A DNA stretch of 63,868 nt, filler included, from Actinomycetota bacterium (GTDB lineage: Bacteria; Actinomycetota; Acidimicrobiia; IMCC26256; VFJJ01), in assembly GCA_009886115.1 (NCBI GenBank). It is 4 parts of 4 records of this genome, joined end to end, with 100 filler letters (N's around TTAATTAATTAA, not from the genome) between each part and the next. Parts side by side here need not be neighbours in the genome. Positions count along the whole stretch, not along the records: positions 1 to 30,391 come from VFJJ01000151.1; 3 more parts are not named here. One strand, 5' to 3'. This document shows positions 1 to 10,085 of this stretch, piece by piece. The translations under genes and the position numbers were made by a program. The notes under the pieces were generated by a model. The model was given only the letters and a program-made list of their open reading frames with translations, searched no databases and was not told the origin of the DNA. Position 1 is the stretch's first letter, and each line of letters opens with the position of its first letter.

Positions 1-75
1 CGGGCTCGGCCGGCTCGGCGTCGGCGCTGTCGGTCACACCGGCTCCGTCGGTCACGCTGACTCCCCGGGAAGCGG

Positions 76-1131
76 CTACAGGGCCAGTTCGGCCATGAGC
101 CGCAAGGCTTCGACACCGTTGACGTTGAGGTTCAACGTGCCCACGGGCGAGGCCTTCCACTCGGCGAAGCGGTCGGCGATGCGTGAGCGCGGCCCACACA
201 ACGCGACCTCGTCGACGAGCTCGTCGGGGACCGCGGCGACGGCCCCGGCGCGGTCGCCGCCGAGGAACAGCTCCTGGATCGTCTTGGCTTGCCCCTCGAA
301 GCCGTAGCGGCAGGCCAGGTCGTTGTAGAAGTTCGACCCGACGGCGCCCATGCCTCCGACGTACAGGGCGATCGTGGGCTTCACCGAGTCGCGGCACTGC
401 TCCACGTCGTCGCCGAGCACGACCGTGCACGACGCCGCGAGGTCGAATGGGCGGTCACCGACGAATCCCTTGGTGACGCCCGTCGTCGCGCGGGCCTTGT
501 CGAAGCCGGACTCGAGGGCCGGGCCGTACACGTCGAGGAAACGCTTGGGGGAGAAGAAGATCGGCAGCAGACCGTCGGCGATCTCTCCAGCCAGCTCGAC
601 GTTCTTCGGCCCGATGGCTGCGAGGTAGATCGGCACGTCGGCGCGCTCGGGGTGCACGATGAGCTTGAGTGGCTTGCCCAGACCGGTCGCGCCCGGGCCC
701 GTGTACGGGATGTCGTAGTGCTCGCCGTGGTGCTCGAGCGGCTTCTCGCGGGCCAGGATGGTCCGGACGATCTCGACGTACTCGCGGGTGCGGCCGATGG
801 GCTTGCCGTACGGAACGCCGTGCCAGCCCTCGGCGACCTGGGGCCCCGAGACACCGAGCCCGAGCAGGAAACGGCCTCCGGAGATCATGTCGAGACCGAC
901 GGCGGTCATGGCGGTCATCGCCGGCGTGCGGGCGGGGATCTGCATGATCGCCGAGCCCACCTTGATCCGCTCGGTCTTGGCCGCCAGCCAGGTGAGGCCG
1001 GTGACGACGTCGCCGCCGTAGGCCTCGGCCATCCACACCGAGTCGTAGCCGAGGCTCTCGGCCTCCCGCACGATGGGGACGTGGTCTTGCTTCGAGGAAG
1101 CCCAGTATCCGACGTTCAATCCGAGGCGCAT
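76..1131 (-). CDS. LLM-class F420-dependent oxidoreductase
   Basis: [10 protein letters not shown] start; [38 protein letters not shown] and [17 protein letters not shown] motifs of the luciferase-like family. The upstream part of the tracked ORF is antisense to the amidase. Confidence 0.92.
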   Translation of the reverse strand: MRLGLNVGYWASSKQDHVPIVREAESLGYDSVWMAEAYGGDVVTGLTWLAAKTERIKVGSAIMQIPARTPAMTAMTAVGLDMISGGRFLLGLGVSGPQVAEGWHGVPYGKPIGRTREYVEIVRTILAREKPLEHHGEHYDIPYTGPGATGLGKPLKLIVHPERADVPIYLAAIGPKNVELAGEIADGLLPIFFSPKRFLDVYGPALESGFDKARATTGVTKGFVGDRPFDLAASCTVVLGDDVEQCRDSVKPTIALYVGGMGAVGSNFYNDLACRYGFEGQAKTIQELFLGGDRAGAVAAVPDELVDEVALCGPRSRIADRFAEWKASPVGTLNLNVNGVEALRLMAELAL

Positions 1132-1153
1132 GACGGCCATGGTCGCGCGGGCG

Positions 1154-1159
1154 TACCTT
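1154..1159 (+). promoter_or_regulatory. -10 element (TACCTT) of probable leaderless amidase promoter
   Basis: TANNNT 6 nt before ATG 1166, no Shine-Dalgarno. Confidence 0.5.
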
Positions 1160-1165
1160 GCCGGC

Positions 1166-2641
1166 ATGATCGACCCGTTCCTCGATGCCACCGCCCAGGC
1201 CGACCTCGTGCGCCGCGGTGAGGTGACGCCCCTCGACCTCGTCGAGAGCGCCATCGAACGGATCGAGCGGCTCGACCCGACGCTCAACGCCGTTGTGCAC
1301 ACCACCTTCGACCGGGCGCGGGAGGTCGCCTCCGGACGGGCCGCAGATCCCGCGCTGGCGCTGGGCGACGGGCCGTTCCGGGGCGTGCCGTTCCTGCTCA
1401 AGAACGCCGTCTGCCACTCGGCTGGCGATCCGTTCACCTGTGGGATGCAGTTCCTCAAGGACCGCGACTGGACCGAGCCCACCGACACCTTCCTGGCCGC
1501 CCGGTTCCGAGCCGCGGGGTTCGTGTTCGTCGGCAAGACCAATGCGCCCGAGCTGGCCACCTCGGCCACGACCGAGCCGCTGGCGTTCGGTGCAACACGA
1601 AACCCTTGGGATCTCGGGCGTTCGCCCGGCGGTTCGTCGGGAGGCTCCGCGGCCGCGGTCGCTGCCGGACTCGTACCGGTCGCCCACGGCAACGACATGG
1701 GCGGATCGATCCGCATCCCGGCGGCGGCGTGTGGGCTCGTGGGGCTCAAGCCCACCCGGGCCCGTTCCACGCTGGGACCGGGCTTCGGGGAGTACTGGGG
1801 CAACCTCACCCACGAGCACGTGCTCACCCGCTCGGTGCGCGACACGGCAGCTGTCCTCGACGCCATCGCCGGACGGGCCCCCGGCGATCCCTACGCCGCC
1901 GTGCCACCCATACGTCCCTTCGCTTCTGAGGTGGGAGCCGATCCCGGCCATCTGCGCATCGGTGTGCTCCCGGGCGTTCCCACCACCGACCACGAGGTTG
2001 TGGCGACCGTCGATGCCGTCGGCCGTCTCCTCGAGGAGTTGGGGCACCACGTGGAGGCGTCGTACCCGCAGGCGTTCTTCGATGGTGACCACCTGGCTGG
2101 GATGGCCGGGCTCGGCTCGGCGGTGGCCCGCGACCTCGACCGGTGGAGTCGCCGGGTCGGCGTGCCGATCGGTCCCGACGACGTGGAGCCGGCCAACTGG
2201 TGGATGGCCGAGCACGGCCGAGCGCGCACCGTCGTCGAGCAGCTCGAGGCCGAAGAGATCGCCAACGCCTGGTGCCGACGCATGGCCGCCTGGTGGGCGA
2301 GTGGCTTCGACGTGCTCGTGACGGCGACCATGCCCGCGCCCGCCATCGAGCTGGGAACGGGCTCGCCCAACCTTCCGTTGGAGACCCTGCTGCCGGTCAT
2401 CGCACGCGTGGCCAGCCTCACCTCGCCGTGGAACGTCACCGGTCAGCCGGCGGTGTCGTTGCCATTGGGATGGTCGACGGCCACGCCGACGGTCGGCGCG
2501 CTCCCCATCGGCGTGCAGCTCGTCGCCGACGACGGACGCGAGGATGTGCTGATCCGGCTGGCGTCGCAGCTCGAGGCTGCCGCACCCTGGGCCGACCGTC
2601 GACCGCCCGTCAACGCCCGGGAGCGGTCGTCGACCGAATAA
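1166..2641 (+). CDS. Amidase (amidase-signature family)
   Basis: [43 protein letters not shown] catalytic motifs. Confidence 0.93.
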   Translation: MIDPFLDATAQADLVRRGEVTPLDLVESAIERIERLDPTLNAVVHTTFDRAREVASGRAADPALALGDGPFRGVPFLLKNAVCHSAGDPFTCGMQFLKDRDWTEPTDTFLAARFRAAGFVFVGKTNAPELATSATTEPLAFGATRNPWDLGRSPGGSSGGSAAAVAAGLVPVAHGNDMGGSIRIPAAACGLVGLKPTRARSTLGPGFGEYWGNLTHEHVLTRSVRDTAAVLDAIAGRAPGDPYAAVPPIRPFASEVGADPGHLRIGVLPGVPTTDHEVVATVDAVGRLLEELGHHVEASYPQAFFDGDHLAGMAGLGSAVARDLDRWSRRVGVPIGPDDVEPANWWMAEHGRARTVVEQLEAEEIANAWCRRMAAWWASGFDVLVTATMPAPAIELGTGSPNLPLETLLPVIARVASLTSPWNVTGQPAVSLPLGWSTATPTVGALPIGVQLVADDGREDVLIRLASQLEAAAPWADRRPPVNARERSSTE

Positions 2642-2652
2642 CCTCGGGCGCC

Positions 2653-3705
2653 ATGGAACTCGTCACGAACGTCGTCAAGCAGAGCCTCACCCCCAAGCGC
2701 CTGATGCTCCTGATGCACGGGTTCGGTTCTGACGAGCGCGACCTCGCCGCGCTCGCCCCGTACCTCGACCCCAACGGGCACCTGCTGATCGTGTGCCCCC
2801 AGGGGCCGCTGAAGGTCCCGGGCGCGGGGTACTCGTGGTACGAGCTGATGAACGAGGAGCAGTTCGACACGGCGGGATTCCTCGTCACGCTCGACGCCCT
2901 CGACGACCTGCTCGATGCCCAGTGCATCGAGCACGGCCTCGACCGCTCGACGGCCATCATCGCCGGCTTCTCCCAGGGTGGCTCGATGGCCTACGCGCTC
3001 GGCTACCGCATCTCGGCCAGGCCGCGGCCGGCCGGTGTGGTGGCCCTGTCGAGCTTCATGCTCGACGACGTCGCCGGGTTGGCGTACGCCTTCGGCGACG
3101 ACGGCCTGCCGCCGGCCTTCGTGGCCCACGGCACCCAGGATCCGATGCTCCCGCTCGAGCGGGGCCGCAAGGCGGCCATCACCCTGAAGGAGCACGGGAT
3201 CCCGCTCGTGTACCGCGAGTACAAGATGCAGCACCAGGTGGCCCTCGAGGAGATCGAGGAGCTCAAGGCCTGGCTCGACGCGGTCGAGGCGGGCGAGCGT
3301 CCCGACGCTCCGCTACCGGTCTCGGCCACGGTGCCCCCGGACGCCGGTGAGGCCGACGCCGACGCCGACGCCGACGACGGCCCGATCAAGTCGGTCACGA
3401 CCCGCACGTTCGAGGACGAGGTGCTGCGCTCCGACGTGCCCGTGATCGTCGACTTCTGGGCCCCGTGGTGCGGCCCATGCAAGCAGGTCGCACCGGTGCT
3501 GGCCCAGATCGCGTCGATGCGAGGCGGCGCCTACAAGGTCGTGAAGGTCAACATCGACGAGAACCCCGAGCTGGCCCAGGCCTTCAAGGTCCAGTCGATC
3601 CCGCTCATCGCCATGTTCCGCAACGGCCGTCTCGAGCGCCAGGTGCTCGGAGCTAAGCCCCGCCAGCAGATCGAAGCCGAGCTCGGCATGCTCGTCATCC
3701 CGTAG
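2653..3705 (+). CDS. Phospholipase/carboxylesterase (alpha/beta hydrolase) fused to C-terminal thioredoxin
   Basis: N-domain has LMHGFGS, GFSQG nucleophile, HGTQDP Asp and MQH His; acidic linker; C-domain has VDFWAPWCGPCK and VQSIP. Confidence 0.88.
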   Translation: MELVTNVVKQSLTPKRLMLLMHGFGSDERDLAALAPYLDPNGHLLIVCPQGPLKVPGAGYSWYELMNEEQFDTAGFLVTLDALDDLLDAQCIEHGLDRSTAIIAGFSQGGSMAYALGYRISARPRPAGVVALSSFMLDDVAGLAYAFGDDGLPPAFVAHGTQDPMLPLERGRKAAITLKEHGIPLVYREYKMQHQVALEEIEELKAWLDAVEAGERPDAPLPVSATVPPDAGEADADADADDGPIKSVTTRTFEDEVLRSDVPVIVDFWAPWCGPCKQVAPVLAQIASMRGGAYKVVKVNIDENPELAQAFKVQSIPLIAMFRNGRLERQVLGAKPRQQIEAELGMLVIP

Positions 3706-3714
3706 CCCCTCACC

Positions 3715-3761
3715 AAATTTGTGCAGAAATCGTCGCCAGGCGACGATTTCTGCACAAATTT
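3715..3761. repeat. 47-bp perfect palindrome (REP-like / bidirectional terminator)
   Basis: AAATTTGTGCAGAAATCGTCGCC-A-GGCGACGATTTCTGCACAAATTT between convergent genes. Confidence 0.85.
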
Positions 3762-3791
3762 CGCTGGGTTGGGGGGTTTGGGGGTTGGGGC

Positions 3792-4892
3792 TCAGGAGAT
3801 GATCGTGATACGGCCGGCGTCGGTGGTGACGAGGCCGATCTCGGCGGCGGCGAGCGTGCCCGCAGCGAGCAGCTCGGCGACGAGATCGTCGACGGCGTCG
3901 GGATCGCACGAGACGAGCAGGCCACCCGAGGTCTGGGCGTCGGCCAGCAGGTACTGCTCGTCGAGCGCGAGATCGCCCCACTCGACCGCCGGCGACACGT
4001 ACGCATGGTTGCGCTGGGTACCGCCGGCGACCATCCCGGCCGCAATGAGCTCGCGCACGCCGCCGATGACGGGCACCCGTTCGAGATCGAGCTCGGCGCC
4101 CACGCCCGACGCTCGGACCAGCTCCCTGAGATGGCCGAGGAGCCCGAAGCCGGTCACGTCGGTGCCGGCATGGATGGGCGCATCGAGGGCGCCCGGTCCG
4201 GCGATGCCCACGACCACGACGGCATCGCGGGCACCGGCGTTCAGGGTGGTCATGACCCGGACGGCCGTCGCCAGGAGCTCGTCGGTGGCCGCGCCCCGCT
4301 TCAACGCCGTCGAGATCACGCCGAGGCCGATGGGCTTGGTGAGCACGAGCGCGTCACCCGGGCGGGCCCCCCGGTTGGCCATCACCCGGTCGGGATGCAC
4401 GGTTCCCACGACCGCCATGCCGTACTTGGGCTCGGCATCATCGATCGAGTGTCCACCGACCACGAGCGCGCCGGCAGCCTTCGCCACGTCGGCACCGCCA
4501 TCGAGGACACGGGCCAGGAGCTCGAAGGCCAGCCCTTCGCGAGGCCAGCCGACGAGGTTGAGCGCGATGAGCGGCGTGGCGCCCATGGCGTACACGTCAG
4601 AGAGGGCGTTGGCGGCGGCGATCCGGCCCCAGTCGTAGGGATCGTCGACGATGGGGGTGAAGAAGTCGGTGGTGAGCACGATCGCCAGGTCGTCGCGCAA
4701 CCGGTAGACGGCGGCGTCGTCGCTCGTGTCGAGGCCGACGAGGAGGTTGGGGTCGTCGGGCTTGGCGAGGCCCTTCACCATGCCCAGCACGTGGTGCAGG
4801 TCGGCGGGTGAGAGCTTGCACGCACACCCTGCGCCGTGGCTGAACGACGTGAGCCGGACCGGTGTGTCGGCTGGCGACGCCACCGTGGTCAC
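3792..4892 (-). CDS. selD: Selenide, water dikinase (selenophosphate synthetase), Cys form
   Basis: RLTSFSHGAGCACKL, DDAAVY, TTDFFTPIVDDPYDWGRIAAANALSDVYAMG, GGHS, TDVTGFGLLGH, DAQTSGGLL. Confidence 0.96.
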   Translation of the reverse strand: MTTVASPADTPVRLTSFSHGAGCACKLSPADLHHVLGMVKGLAKPDDPNLLVGLDTSDDAAVYRLRDDLAIVLTTDFFTPIVDDPYDWGRIAAANALSDVYAMGATPLIALNLVGWPREGLAFELLARVLDGGADVAKAAGALVVGGHSIDDAEPKYGMAVVGTVHPDRVMANRGARPGDALVLTKPIGLGVISTALKRGAATDELLATAVRVMTTLNAGARDAVVVVGIAGPGALDAPIHAGTDVTGFGLLGHLRELVRASGVGAELDLERVPVIGGVRELIAAGMVAGGTQRNHAYVSPAVEWGDLALDEQYLLADAQTSGGLLVSCDPDAVDDLVAELLAAGTLAAAEIGLVTTDAGRITIIS

Positions 4893-5368
4893 ACGTCCCA
4901 GCCGGGGTTGGGCTCGGGGTCGCGGGGCTCGGGGTAGATGGGCTTGGTCCAGCGCAGGGACGTGGCCAGGCTGTTGGCGATCCGCTGCCACTCGGCGGGG
5001 TTCCAACCGTCGGCGATCGCGGCCACCGATGCGTCGGACTGCACGTGGACGAACGCCGGCGTGCGGGCGACGCCGAGCTGCTTGGTGATGGTGCCGTCGG
5101 GATCGAGCCAGACGGTGTCGGAGTCGGCGGTGGCGCCGAGCACCCGTCGAGCCTGGAGCTCGGATCCCATCACCATGATCACGCACCGGGCGTCCGACTC
5201 GCGGAAGACCTTGAAGGCCCGCTGCGTCAGGGGCACGTACTGCGATGCCTCGGGCCACGACGGCAGCACGAAGAGGCACAGCTGGCCCGACGTGAGCCAG
5301 TCGTCGAGGGTGCGGGTGACACCCTTGATCGTCGTGACGGGCGTCTGAGGATCGGCGGTCTTGGCCAC
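4889..5368 (-). CDS. Hypothetical peroxiredoxin/thioredoxin-fold protein without CxxC
   Basis: WLDPDGTITKQLGVARTPAFVHV resembles the AhpC/TlpA C-terminal half; GTGA overlap with selD; start uncertain (5368 or 5449). Confidence 0.6.
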   Translation of the reverse strand: MAKTADPQTPVTTIKGVTRTLDDWLTSGQLCLFVLPSWPEASQYVPLTQRAFKVFRESDARCVIMVMGSELQARRVLGATADSDTVWLDPDGTITKQLGVARTPAFVHVQSDASVAAIADGWNPAEWQRIANSLATSLRWTKPIYPEPRDPEPNPGWDV

Positions 5369-5514
5369 GGCAGGAGCGTCCTTCGGGATGTCTTCGGGCT
5401 CTCGAATGCGGTCGCGAACAGCGGTCGCGAGAGGCGGTCCGTCAGCCATCGGATGCTAGTTCCCTACCCGACTCGACCGGCTCACCGGCGCCGAGGCGCG
5501 GATACCCTCGGGCC

Positions 5515-6438
5515 ATGGCGCGAGGTGGGCGGGGCGATCGTGACGGCACGGCACGTAGCGGCGAGACGGCGTCACTCCGGGAGATCGCCGACGGGGTCTG
5601 GGCCTGGGTCCAGCCGGTGGGTGGCTTCGGGGTCACCAACGCCGGCGTCGTCCGCGACGGCGCGGAGCTCACGGTGGTCGACGCGCTCATGGCGCCGTCG
5701 CAGTGGGAGCCCTTCGGGGCCGCCGTGGACGCACTGCGGATACCCGTCCGCCGGCTCATCCTGACCAGCTCGCACATCGAGTCCGTCGGGGGTTCGTGGC
5801 GCTTCCGGCTGGCGGCGGTGTACGGCTCGCCCCACACGTCGATGCTGCTCGACCAGGAGCCGAACATCAACGCGTACAAGGCGTTCCTGCCGGAGTACGC
5901 CGTCGAGTTCGACGAGATGTCGCGTCGACGGGAGGAGCTGCAGAACGAGGAGATCGCCGCACCCACCCGCCGTCGCCTGGGCTTCACGCGACCGGTGACC
6001 CACGTGATCGACACGGCCGTCGAGCTCACCCCCCGGATCGAGGTGCTCCCGGCGGCCGGGCACACGCCGGGTGACCTCCTGGTGCTGGTCTCCGACGCCG
6101 ACGTGCTCTTCGCCGGCGGGCTGGCCTGGTTCGGCGTGACCCCTCTGTGCTTCCAAGGCGATCCGGCCCAGTGGGCCGACGTGCTCGACGTGATCGGCGA
6201 CCTCGCCGAGACGATCGTCCCTGGGCACGGTCCCATCGGTACCGCCGCCGAGCTGGCGACGCTCCAGGGCTATCTCCGGGCCTGCGTCGATGCCGACGGC
6301 TCGGCGCTTCCCGCGGGACCATGGGACGCCTGGGGATGCCGGCTCTACGACCCCATCAACATCGAGCGAGCGGCGATGGTCGCCAAGGGCGATGACGGCC
6401 TTCCCCCCACGATGGCCCGCATCCTCGGCCTGGCCTGA
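5515..6438 (+). CDS. MBL-fold metallo-hydrolase-like protein (degenerate metal site)
   Basis: NAGVV..VVDAL, GHTPGD and VPGHG motifs; HxHxDH replaced by SSHIES; TACCCT 6 nt before ATG. Confidence 0.8.
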   Translation: MARGGRGDRDGTARSGETASLREIADGVWAWVQPVGGFGVTNAGVVRDGAELTVVDALMAPSQWEPFGAAVDALRIPVRRLILTSSHIESVGGSWRFRLAAVYGSPHTSMLLDQEPNINAYKAFLPEYAVEFDEMSRRREELQNEEIAAPTRRRLGFTRPVTHVIDTAVELTPRIEVLPAAGHTPGDLLVLVSDADVLFAGGLAWFGVTPLCFQGDPAQWADVLDVIGDLAETIVPGHGPIGTAAELATLQGYLRACVDADGSALPAGPWDAWGCRLYDPINIERAAMVAKGDDGLPPTMARILGLA

Positions 6439-6525
6439 GCACCATGAGCAGCCCCGATCAGCCCCGCCGGCCCGCCGGCCCGCCGGTGTGGGGTGGGTGT
6501 GGGCGGTCGTCGGTAGCCTGAACGC

Positions 6526-7464
6526 ATGAGCGAACGCACCCGCCACCTCCCGCGACGCACCTGTCATGCGACGCCGGGATCGTCGGAGAAGATGCTGGCG
6601 AAGGCTCCCGGTCTCGGCGCCGACATGGTGTTCCTCGACCTCGAGGACTCCGTCTCGCCACTCGAGAAGGAACCGGCGCGGGCCAAGGTGGTGCAGGCGA
6701 TTCGCGATCACGACTGGGGCGACACGGTCCTGTGCGTGCGTGTCAACTCGTGGGACACGGAGTTCACGTATCGAGACGTCATCGAAGTGGTCGAAGGCGC
6801 GGGGGAGCGGCTCGACGAGATCATGCTGCCCAAGGTCGAGACGGCAGCGCAGGTGGTGGCGCTCGATCTGTTGCTCACCCAGATCGAGAAGGCCAACGGG
6901 CACGGCCGGCGTATCGGGATCGAGGCTCAGATCGAGACGGCTCGGGGGCTCATCAACGTCGAGGAGATCTGCGCTGCGTCGACCCGCCTCGAGACGATCA
7001 TCTTCGGCCCGGCCGATTTCGCGGCGTCGGCCGAGATGCCCGTCCTCACCGGCGGGGTGCAGATCCCCGAGTACCCGGGCGATCACTTCCACTACGTGTT
7101 CTCGAAGATCCTCATGGCCGGACGAGCCAACGGGCTCCAGGTGATCGACGGGCCGTTCCTCAAGATCCGCGACCTGGAGGCGCTGCGCGACTACACGATG
7201 CGCACCCGCATCCTCGGCTACGACGGCAAGTGGTCGCTGCACCCCGATCAGATCCCGGTCATCAACGAGATCTTCACGCCCACGCAGGAGCAGTTCGACC
7301 GGGCGTTCGACATCCTCGACGCCTACGAGCGCGCCACCATGGGGAGCGAGCGCAAGGGCGCCGTGATGTTCGGTGACGAGATGATCGACGAGGCGTCGCG
7401 CAAGATGGCGACCAAGTTCGTGACCCGGGGCTCACGGGCGGGCATGAAGCGCAGCGCCGACTGA
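6526..7464 (+). CDS. CoA ester lyase (CitE / malyl-CoA lyase, HpcH family)
   Basis: VFLDLEDSV, CVRVN, MLPKV, QIETARG, FGPADF, IDGP, GYDGKWSLHPDQ. Confidence 0.92.
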   Translation: MSERTRHLPRRTCHATPGSSEKMLAKAPGLGADMVFLDLEDSVSPLEKEPARAKVVQAIRDHDWGDTVLCVRVNSWDTEFTYRDVIEVVEGAGERLDEIMLPKVETAAQVVALDLLLTQIEKANGHGRRIGIEAQIETARGLINVEEICAASTRLETIIFGPADFAASAEMPVLTGGVQIPEYPGDHFHYVFSKILMAGRANGLQVIDGPFLKIRDLEALRDYTMRTRILGYDGKWSLHPDQIPVINEIFTPTQEQFDRAFDILDAYERATMGSERKGAVMFGDEMIDEASRKMATKFVTRGSRAGMKRSAD

Positions 7465-7468
7465 ACGT

Positions 7469-8284
7469 TCAGACCCGGCCCACGATCTCGCCGTGGAGCA
7501 CGACGAACACGGCATCGGCCTCGGTGGCCCAGGCCCGCCAGCCCTCGGCGATCGAGGCCAGCTCGTCGGCGGTGGCGTAGCCGTAGGCGACGGCCTGCTC
7601 GGCGAACGACGAGCCCACCGTGCGGTCGGCCCACAGGTTCGCCCACCAGGCTCGCTCGTCGGGCGTGGCGTAGGTCCACGTGGAGGTCGTGTAGCGCACG
7701 TCGCTCAGCCCGGCCCGCTGCGCCCAGCCCAGGAGGAACCGTCCGGCACGAGCTTCTGCGCCGTTGTGTCGCGTGACCGCGATGTAGATCTCACGCCACC
7801 GGTCGAGGGCCGCGGCGTCGGGCGCCCAGGCGAACGTGGAGTAGTCGCTGTCGCGAGCGGCGACGATCCCCGAACCCGGACGGGCCAGCCGGGCCATGGC
7901 CCGCAACCCGTCGACCGGATCTTGGAGATGCTGGAGCACCTGATGTGCGTGCACCACGTCGAAGTGCCGGGGCTCACCAGCCGTTCCCAGCGTGAGCGTG
8001 CGGAAGTCGCCGGCGACGAGCTCGAGATTGGTGACGGCCCGATCGCGGGCCAGGGCCCGGGCGTCCTCGATGACGTCCTGCGAGACGTCGACGCCCACGA
8101 CCCGCCCGGGCGCGAGGAGCGCGGCCAGATCGGCGGTGATGGTCCCAGGCCCGCACCCCACATCGAGCAACGACATCCCCGCCGTGAGCTCGTCGAGCAG
8201 GTAACCGGCCGAGTTCGCCGCTGTACGCCAACGGTGCGAGCGCAGCACCGATTCCTGATGCCCATGGGTGTAGATCTCGGCCAT
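7469..8284 (-). CDS. Class I SAM-dependent methyltransferase
   Basis: YTHGH..SVLRSHRWRTA N-terminus, LLDVGCGPG, FDVVHAHQVLQH. Confidence 0.92.
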   Translation of the reverse strand: MAEIYTHGHQESVLRSHRWRTAANSAGYLLDELTAGMSLLDVGCGPGTITADLAALLAPGRVVGVDVSQDVIEDARALARDRAVTNLELVAGDFRTLTLGTAGEPRHFDVVHAHQVLQHLQDPVDGLRAMARLARPGSGIVAARDSDYSTFAWAPDAAALDRWREIYIAVTRHNGAEARAGRFLLGWAQRAGLSDVRYTTSTWTYATPDERAWWANLWADRTVGSSFAEQAVAYGYATADELASIAEGWRAWATEADAVFVVLHGEIVGRV

Positions 8285-8346
8285 GGCGGACATTGTGTCG
8301 TGCCGGCCCGTGCCCGCCCCGGACCGCCTGTGGGAAGCTGCCGTCG

Positions 8347-9207
8347 ATGACAACTGCGTTCGTGCTGTCGGGAGGAGCCAGTCTGGGCTCGGTCCAGGTC
8401 GGCATGCTCGCGGCGCTCACCGAGCACGGTATCGACCCCGACTTCGTGATCGGCTCCTCGGTCGGCGCGCTCAACGCCGCGTGGGTGGCCACCTACCCTG
8501 GGCGCCAAGGCATCGTCTCGCTGTCGGAGCTGTGGCGCTCGCTCGGTCGTAACGACGTGTTCCCCCTTCGCCCGCTGGCCGGGCTCACCGGGTTCATGGG
8601 TCGACGCAACTCCCTCGTCCCCAACGACGGCCTGCGGTCGATCCTCGTGAAGCGGCTCCGGCTCGACCGCCTCGAGAACGCCCGCGTCCCGCTCCACGTG
8701 GTGGCGACCGAGGTGACCCACGGCGACGAGGTGGTCCTGTCGCGGGGTCCGGCGGTGGAAGCGCTCCTCGCCAGTACAGCCATCCCCGGGGTCTTCCCGC
8801 CGGTCACGATCGACGGGCGCGCGCTCATGGACGGTGGCGTCGCCGACAACACGCCGGTGTCGAACGCCGTGGCCCTCGGTGCGACCCGGATCTTCGTGTT
8901 GCCGACGGGCTACGCGTGCGGGCTATCCCTCCCGCCCAAGGGAGCATTGGGGATGGTGCTGCAGGCGCTCTCGTTGCTCGTCGCCCAGCGGCTCAGCTTC
9001 GACATCGAACGCTTCGAGGACCACGTGGAACTGCACGTGATCCCCCCGTTGTGTCCCGTCGACGTGAGCCCTGTCGACTTCTCGAAATCGGCCCAGCTCA
9101 TCGAACGTTCCCATCGCGAGACGACGATCTGGTTGCACAAGCGCCATCAGGTCCACGGCCAGGCCTGCCTCGTCGCCCCCCACCACCACACCGGTCCGAT
9201 GCGCTGA
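8347..9207 (+). CDS. Patatin-like phospholipase
   Basis: LSGGASLG, GSSVG (GxSxG) and DGG motifs. Confidence 0.93.
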   Translation: MTTAFVLSGGASLGSVQVGMLAALTEHGIDPDFVIGSSVGALNAAWVATYPGRQGIVSLSELWRSLGRNDVFPLRPLAGLTGFMGRRNSLVPNDGLRSILVKRLRLDRLENARVPLHVVATEVTHGDEVVLSRGPAVEALLASTAIPGVFPPVTIDGRALMDGGVADNTPVSNAVALGATRIFVLPTGYACGLSLPPKGALGMVLQALSLLVAQRLSFDIERFEDHVELHVIPPLCPVDVSPVDFSKSAQLIERSHRETTIWLHKRHQVHGQACLVAPHHHTGPMR

Positions 9208-9233
9208 GCCGGTCGAGCGGGGCGGAGCGAGCG

Positions 9234-10085
9234 TCAGCGGTCGGCCGCCCAGGCCCAGTAGCGGCCGTTCTGGCGTTCCAGCCGGACTGCGAGGTCGTAG
9301 GCCGTGCCGAGCACTTCGGCGGTGAGCACCTCGGGGATCGGGCCCGACGCCAGAACCCGTCCGGCCTTGAGCACCAGAGCGTGGGTGAAGCCGGGCGGGA
9401 TCTCCTCGACGTGGTGGGTGATGAACACGATCGGGGGGACGGCCGGGTCGCCGGCCAGATCGGTGAGCTGGGTGACGAGCGCCTCGCGCCCGGCGAGGTC
9501 GAGCGCGGCAGTCGGCTCGTCGAGGAGGATCAGCTCCGGGTCGGGCATGAGCGAGCGGGCCAGCAGCACCCGTTGGCGCTCGCCCTCCGACAGGGTGCCG
9601 AACTCCCGCGCACCCAGCGCCCCGCAGCCCACGCGTTCGAGCAGCGTCGCAGCGCGGGCGTGGTCGTCGCTCGTGTACTGGTGCCACCACGTCTCGAGCG
9701 CGGCGTGGCGGGCCGTCACCACGACCTCGGCCGCTGTGAGGGAGGGGCGCAAGGTCGGCGACATCGACGCCGACGCGAAGGCGATGCGGGTACGCAGCGT
9801 GCGGATGTCGGTCCGGCCGATGCGCTTGCCCAGCACGGTGACCGTCCCCGTGGTCGGGTGCAGCCAGCCACCGGCCAGGCGGACGAGCGTGGTCTTGCCC
9901 GAGCCGTTGGGGCCCAGGACGACCCAGCGCTCGCCCGGGGCCACGGTCCAGGTGATGTCGCTGAGCGTCCAGCGGTCGCCGTGACGCAGGCCGACAGCCT
10001 CGAACCCGAGCGGCACGACCGGAACGGCCCCGGCCCCGGCTGCGGCCCCGGCTGCGGCCCCGGCCCCGATCGAGCCTGCCGTCAC
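9234..10085 (-). CDS. ABC transporter ATP-binding protein (ModF/YlmA-like)
   Basis: GPNGSGKTT, LSEGERQR, LILLDEP, ITHH; GTGA overlap with the upstream acyl-CoA dehydrogenase. Confidence 0.9.
   Translation of the reverse strand: MTAGSIGAGAAAGAAAGAGAVPVVPLGFEAVGLRHGDRWTLSDITWTVAPGERWVVLGPNGSGKTTLVRLAGGWLHPTTGTVTVLGKRIGRTDIRTLRTRIAFASASMSPTLRPSLTAAEVVVTARHAALETWWHQYTSDDHARAATLLERVGCGALGAREFGTLSEGERQRVLLARSLMPDPELILLDEPTAALDLAGREALVTQLTDLAGDPAVPPIVFITHHVEEIPPGFTHALVLKAGRVLASGPIPEVLTAEVLGTAYDLAVRLERQNGRYWAWAADR

Noticed and set aside
76..1866. 596-aa LLM fusion suggested by the ORF track
   Set aside because: The N-terminal 244 aa is the antisense of the amidase; the real start is 1131 (or 1140).
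4810..4845. Possible selenocysteine in SelD or neighbouring genes
   Set aside because: The active-site codons are TGT/TGC, and I noticed no in-frame TGA at a conserved Cys position in the redox genes I checked.
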